Below are positions 60,967 through 64,000 of a DNA stretch of 64,000 nucleotides, piece after piece. A program made the translations under genes and the position numbers. Under the pieces are notes generated by a model, which worked only from the letters and a program-made list of their open reading frames with translations, was not told the DNA's origin and did not search any database. The stretch's first letter is position 1. Every line of letters begins with the position of its first letter. Source of the DNA: an uncultured bacterium (GTDB lineage: Bacteria > Hydrothermota > UBA3073 > NMUJ01 > CBEVQO01); NCBI GenBank assembly GCA_965552055.1, contig CBEVQO010000007.1, positions 1 to 64,000 of the forward strand. The letters are read 5' to 3'.

Positions 60967-62521
60967 ATCGCCCCCTCTCTACAAGATACTTATAAGTTAA
61001 TACAGATACAAAACGCAAAAATCTAAATGAATGCCTCAATCTCAAAGACAAAGAAACAACATCACCTTTGTCATCCTGCTCAAGTAAAAAAGCATCAATT
61101 ATGGGGCGCAAAAAGTAATTGCGCCTCAAATTCAAAATCCCTTCACTTACCCTCTTAATTTTACCCTCAACTTCCTCAAATTTCAATCTTTTACTTCTCA
61201 AAATGGAACTCAACAAATAATCGCAAATTTTTTCGCCTTCAACACTCAAATTATGTAGATGGTATAAACCCATCTTCTCCTCCACAAATGGTTTATCAAA
61301 ATTCGTGTCAAAGGAAACTTTTTCTTCAAAATTTCCGGATAAAATTTTACGCCATGTAAACATATAAACTTCATTATAAAAATCATAAAGTGTTTTCTTA
61401 TGCAATGGTAAAAGATGTAAAAGCCCGTCTTTGTGCCTTGTGACATAAACCCTTACTCCTTTCCATCTTGCCTCAATTTTCTCCTTTTTCAGCATCTTTT
61501 CCATAATTTCGATTATAATTTCCGGTTTTATTTTATATTTGCATGCAAAAGATTTACAATTTGTATCTGGATGACAGGGATAACATGGAATATCTGGTTC
61601 CACAACTATATTATCTGCGCTATAAGGAGCTGTTTCATAGCTTCTTGCTGTACCCATACAAAGGGTAAGGCATGGCACCCCTACTCTGCTCGCTATATGC
61701 ATCGTGCCTGTATCATTTGTAAGTAAAATTTTGCATCTCTTCAGAATAGAAATCAATAAACCTAAATCAGTTTTACCAATCAAATCAATTACCTGTGCTC
61801 TCTTTTTTATCGCTTCACCAAGTGGCTTTTCTTTTTCCACGCCAAATAGGACTATCTTTGCCCTATTTTGAAAATGCTTCGCTACCTGTGCAAAATAATG
61901 TGGCATCCATATTTTTTCGGGTCGGGATGCACCGGGTTGAAAACCTATCAGAATATCCCCTTCTTTTACACGATTTTTATACAAAATTTCAACGGCTTCC
62001 TTTTCTTTTTCTTCCTTAACACGAAGCTCAGCATCAATTTCCGCTTCTACATCGCTTATCCCGGCAAGGATATCTGTTAGATTAAAAGGATTAAATTTTC
62101 TGTTTAAAACCGCATTCATTAAAAAACGAGTCCAGTTATCAATACAAAAAACATCCCCCTTTTTATAAATAGCACCTCTTTTCTCTTTTGCCTTTATCAT
62201 GTTCGCTAAAAGAGCACTCACAGCTTCTGGTACAAAATTTATAAGCAAATCATAATCTCTTTTATTTACTTCTTTTACAAAGTCACTGTAATATTTGTAG
62301 AATCTCGGAAAAAGAGCGTTTAACCGAGATAATGATGTCACAAAATCGAGTCGCTCAAATGTATGGATGAAATCACAATAAGGTATAAATTGAGTGATAC
62401 CAGCAAATTCCTTATTTACCAGCAAATGTACTTCCGAAAATTTTCTCTTTAATGCTTTAAGTACAGGTACACTTTCGAGAATATCACCCATTCGTGTTAA
62501 ATTCATCACAAGTACTCTCAT
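60947..62521 (-). CDS. GT9-family glycosyltransferase with C-terminal extension
   Basis: RMGD, FQPGAS, TNDTGTMHIA, CYPC. Confidence 0.88.
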   Translation of the reverse strand: MRVLVMNLTRMGDILESVPVLKALKRKFSEVHLLVNKEFAGITQFIPYCDFIHTFERLDFVTSLSRLNALFPRFYKYYSDFVKEVNKRDYDLLINFVPEAVSALLANMIKAKEKRGAIYKKGDVFCIDNWTRFLMNAVLNRKFNPFNLTDILAGISDVEAEIDAELRVKEEKEKEAVEILYKNRVKEGDILIGFQPGASRPEKIWMPHYFAQVAKHFQNRAKIVLFGVEKEKPLGEAIKKRAQVIDLIGKTDLGLLISILKRCKILLTNDTGTMHIASRVGVPCLTLCMGTARSYETAPYSADNIVVEPDIPCYPCHPDTNCKSFACKYKIKPEIIIEIMEKMLKKEKIEARWKGVRVYVTRHKDGLLHLLPLHKKTLYDFYNEVYMFTWRKILSGNFEEKVSFDTNFDKPFVEEKMGLYHLHNLSVEGEKICDYLLSSILRSKRLKFEEVEGKIKRVSEGILNLRRNYFLRPIIDAFLLEQDDKGDVVSLSLRLRHSFRFLRFVSVLTYKYLVERGRYVCEIW

Positions 62522-64000
62522 ACCTTCACTCCTTTTGCCCAGCGTCTTATGGCATCCATAAGTAAAATCACACCTTCTGCTACATTAAACTCATCCTTAT
62601 TTTTATCTATCACCCTCACAAGGTCATCAAAACTTATAAATTCATCGTCCTTAAAATGTTTAAGCAATGCCCTGAATTCTTCATCTTGAATTTTCTCTTT
62701 CAGTTCACTAACTTTATACTTCTCAGAAACTGCAAATCTTCTTTCTCTTTCGAAAATAAATTTTAAAAGTGCCTTTGCTCTTTCTTCATAAGTATGATAT
62801 TTCAAAACTTTTTCCCTCGCCTTTAGCGCTATTTCTTCCCTCTCTGCATCTGCCTTTAAATAATAATCTATTTTCTTTTTCAACTCCGATAATGTTTTAA
62901 AACTGACAATTTCGTCTTCTTCAAAAAATTCCCTCAAATATTTTCTTTCGTCCACAAGCTGGAATGCCCCACATGATGCTATTTCAAAAGTCCTCGGATT
63001 CAGATAATCGCCTTCGGGATTGATAACGGGATAAAATTTTGAAGAATGTAGATTCAGGTTAATCTTTGATGAAGAGTAAATTTTTACATATTCTTTATCT
63101 TCAATTCTTCCCCTTTTACCCAATATTTTTGCAAATTCCGGATACTCTTCCCAGCCTTCACCCCATACTTTGAAATTGTAAGAAAATAATTGACGAAATA
63201 CATTTACACGATTGAAATAAGGAGCACCTACAAAAGATATATCACTTCCGTAAAATTCTTTTTCTTTTTCATTCAAATCTAATTTTTTATGAATTTGTGG
63301 GTCTGCAGCGAGTGGCAGATAAAAATAATTTTTAACACCGATTGACTCTAACTCTTCAAAAAATTCATCCTTTTGTATTGTGAAAAAGTAATCGTATAAA
63401 GGAGCGACTTCTCTCCAGTATCCCATTGTTTTGTAATCTTCAACAAACCAGAAAGCAGTTGGCACTCCTTTCCTTCTGCATGCGGTCAGTGACTTTACTC
63501 CCAAAGGCGACTGCGCTACACCAAGAACAAGGTCTGGCTGAAAACTATCGATCTTCAAAATGATAACTTCCTCACAAAAATTCAAAAATAAATTCTGAGC
63601 TTTCCTTTGCAAAACAGAATCTTCAAATTTTGTCTCAATGTCGTCAAAAATATTCTTAAAAATGGAATTATCAAAAATTTCAACATTATGACCAAGTTTT
63701 TTCAATGCATTTGCAAGATAATAAGCAATTGGCAATGAGCCACCATAAATGGGGGTGATAACCAAAATTTTTAAAATCAATTCTTTGTTTCTTAAATAAT
63801 TTTGATGCAGTTTAAATTTTTCGAAATAATTGTGAAAAATTTTTACTTCGGCTGGAAGTTCAAAAATTTTTCCATGTAAAAGCGGAATTTTTTCTGCATC
63901 ATCAGAAATTATTTCAATTTTTTTCAGTAAATCTTCTATATTCCTTTCTTTTCTGGCAAGTTCTACTATTTCTCTTTCGGGCTCAATGACTGTGATTTTC
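62518..64000 (-). CDS. CgeB-like glycosyltransferase; reading frame stays open to the window edge
   Basis: WFVED, LPLAADP, NPRTFEIASCG, HTYEERA; 73 further in-frame sense codons upstream of 63780. Confidence 0.85.
   Translation of the reverse strand, partial: KITVIEPEREIVELARKERNIEDLLKKIEIISDDAEKIPLLHGKIFELPAEVKIFHNYFEKFKLHQNYLRNKELILKILVITPIYGGSLPIAYYLANALKKLGHNVEIFDNSIFKNIFDDIETKFEDSVLQRKAQNLFLNFCEEVIILKIDSFQPDLVLGVAQSPLGVKSLTACRRKGVPTAFWFVEDYKTMGYWREVAPLYDYFFTIQKDEFFEELESIGVKNYFYLPLAADPQIHKKLDLNEKEKEFYGSDISFVGAPYFNRVNVFRQLFSYNFKVWGEGWEEYPEFAKILGKRGRIEDKEYVKIYSSSKINLNLHSSKFYPVINPEGDYLNPRTFEIASCGAFQLVDERKYLREFFEEDEIVSFKTLSELKKKIDYYLKADAEREEIALKAREKVLKYHTYEERAKALLKFIFERERRFAVSEKYKVSELKEKIQDEEFRALLKHFKDDEFISFDDLVRVIDKNKDEFNVAEGVILLMDAIRRWAKGVKV

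Noticed and set aside
63781..64000. Separate gene at the right edge
   Set aside because: In frame and stop-free with 62518-63780, so it is the same CDS.

Overview
An AT-rich bacterial chromosome segment from a diderm, flagellated organism. Lys/Glu/Ile-rich proteins suggest a thermophile, and the gene content resembles FCB-associated candidate phyla such as WOR-3 (inference only). In order, it contains: a flagellar basal-body operon (fliF-fliE-flgC-flgB) with two sigma54 activators and a kinase; comEC and glnA; envelope proteins; parA with a parS site on its start codon; mnmE; an accessory zone (about 24-40 kb); tRNA-Lys; grpE-dnaK-dnaJ-rsmE; rpsU-mutS2-dnaG-rpoD-thiD2-thiE; and a probable flagellin-glycosylation locus. 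Main findings: (1) An integrase-less integron platform at 29.4-33.1 kb (promoter, attI-like site, attC) whose cassette is a three-gene Lamassu/ABC-3C defence system. Its SMC ATPase is broken by an exact 22-bp tandem duplication. (2) A recurrent promoter geometry, TTGAC(A/T)-N15(16)-TAnAAT, with the ATG 32-33 nt from the -35 start (leaderless), alongside a divergent RpoD with two region-1.1 copies. (3) Exported proteins with ultra-short, charge-free signal peptides. (4) A TTCGGAA motif cluster inside a sigma54 activator gene, just upstream of a non-canonical sigma54 promoter. All calls come from reading motifs by eye; no database searches were run.
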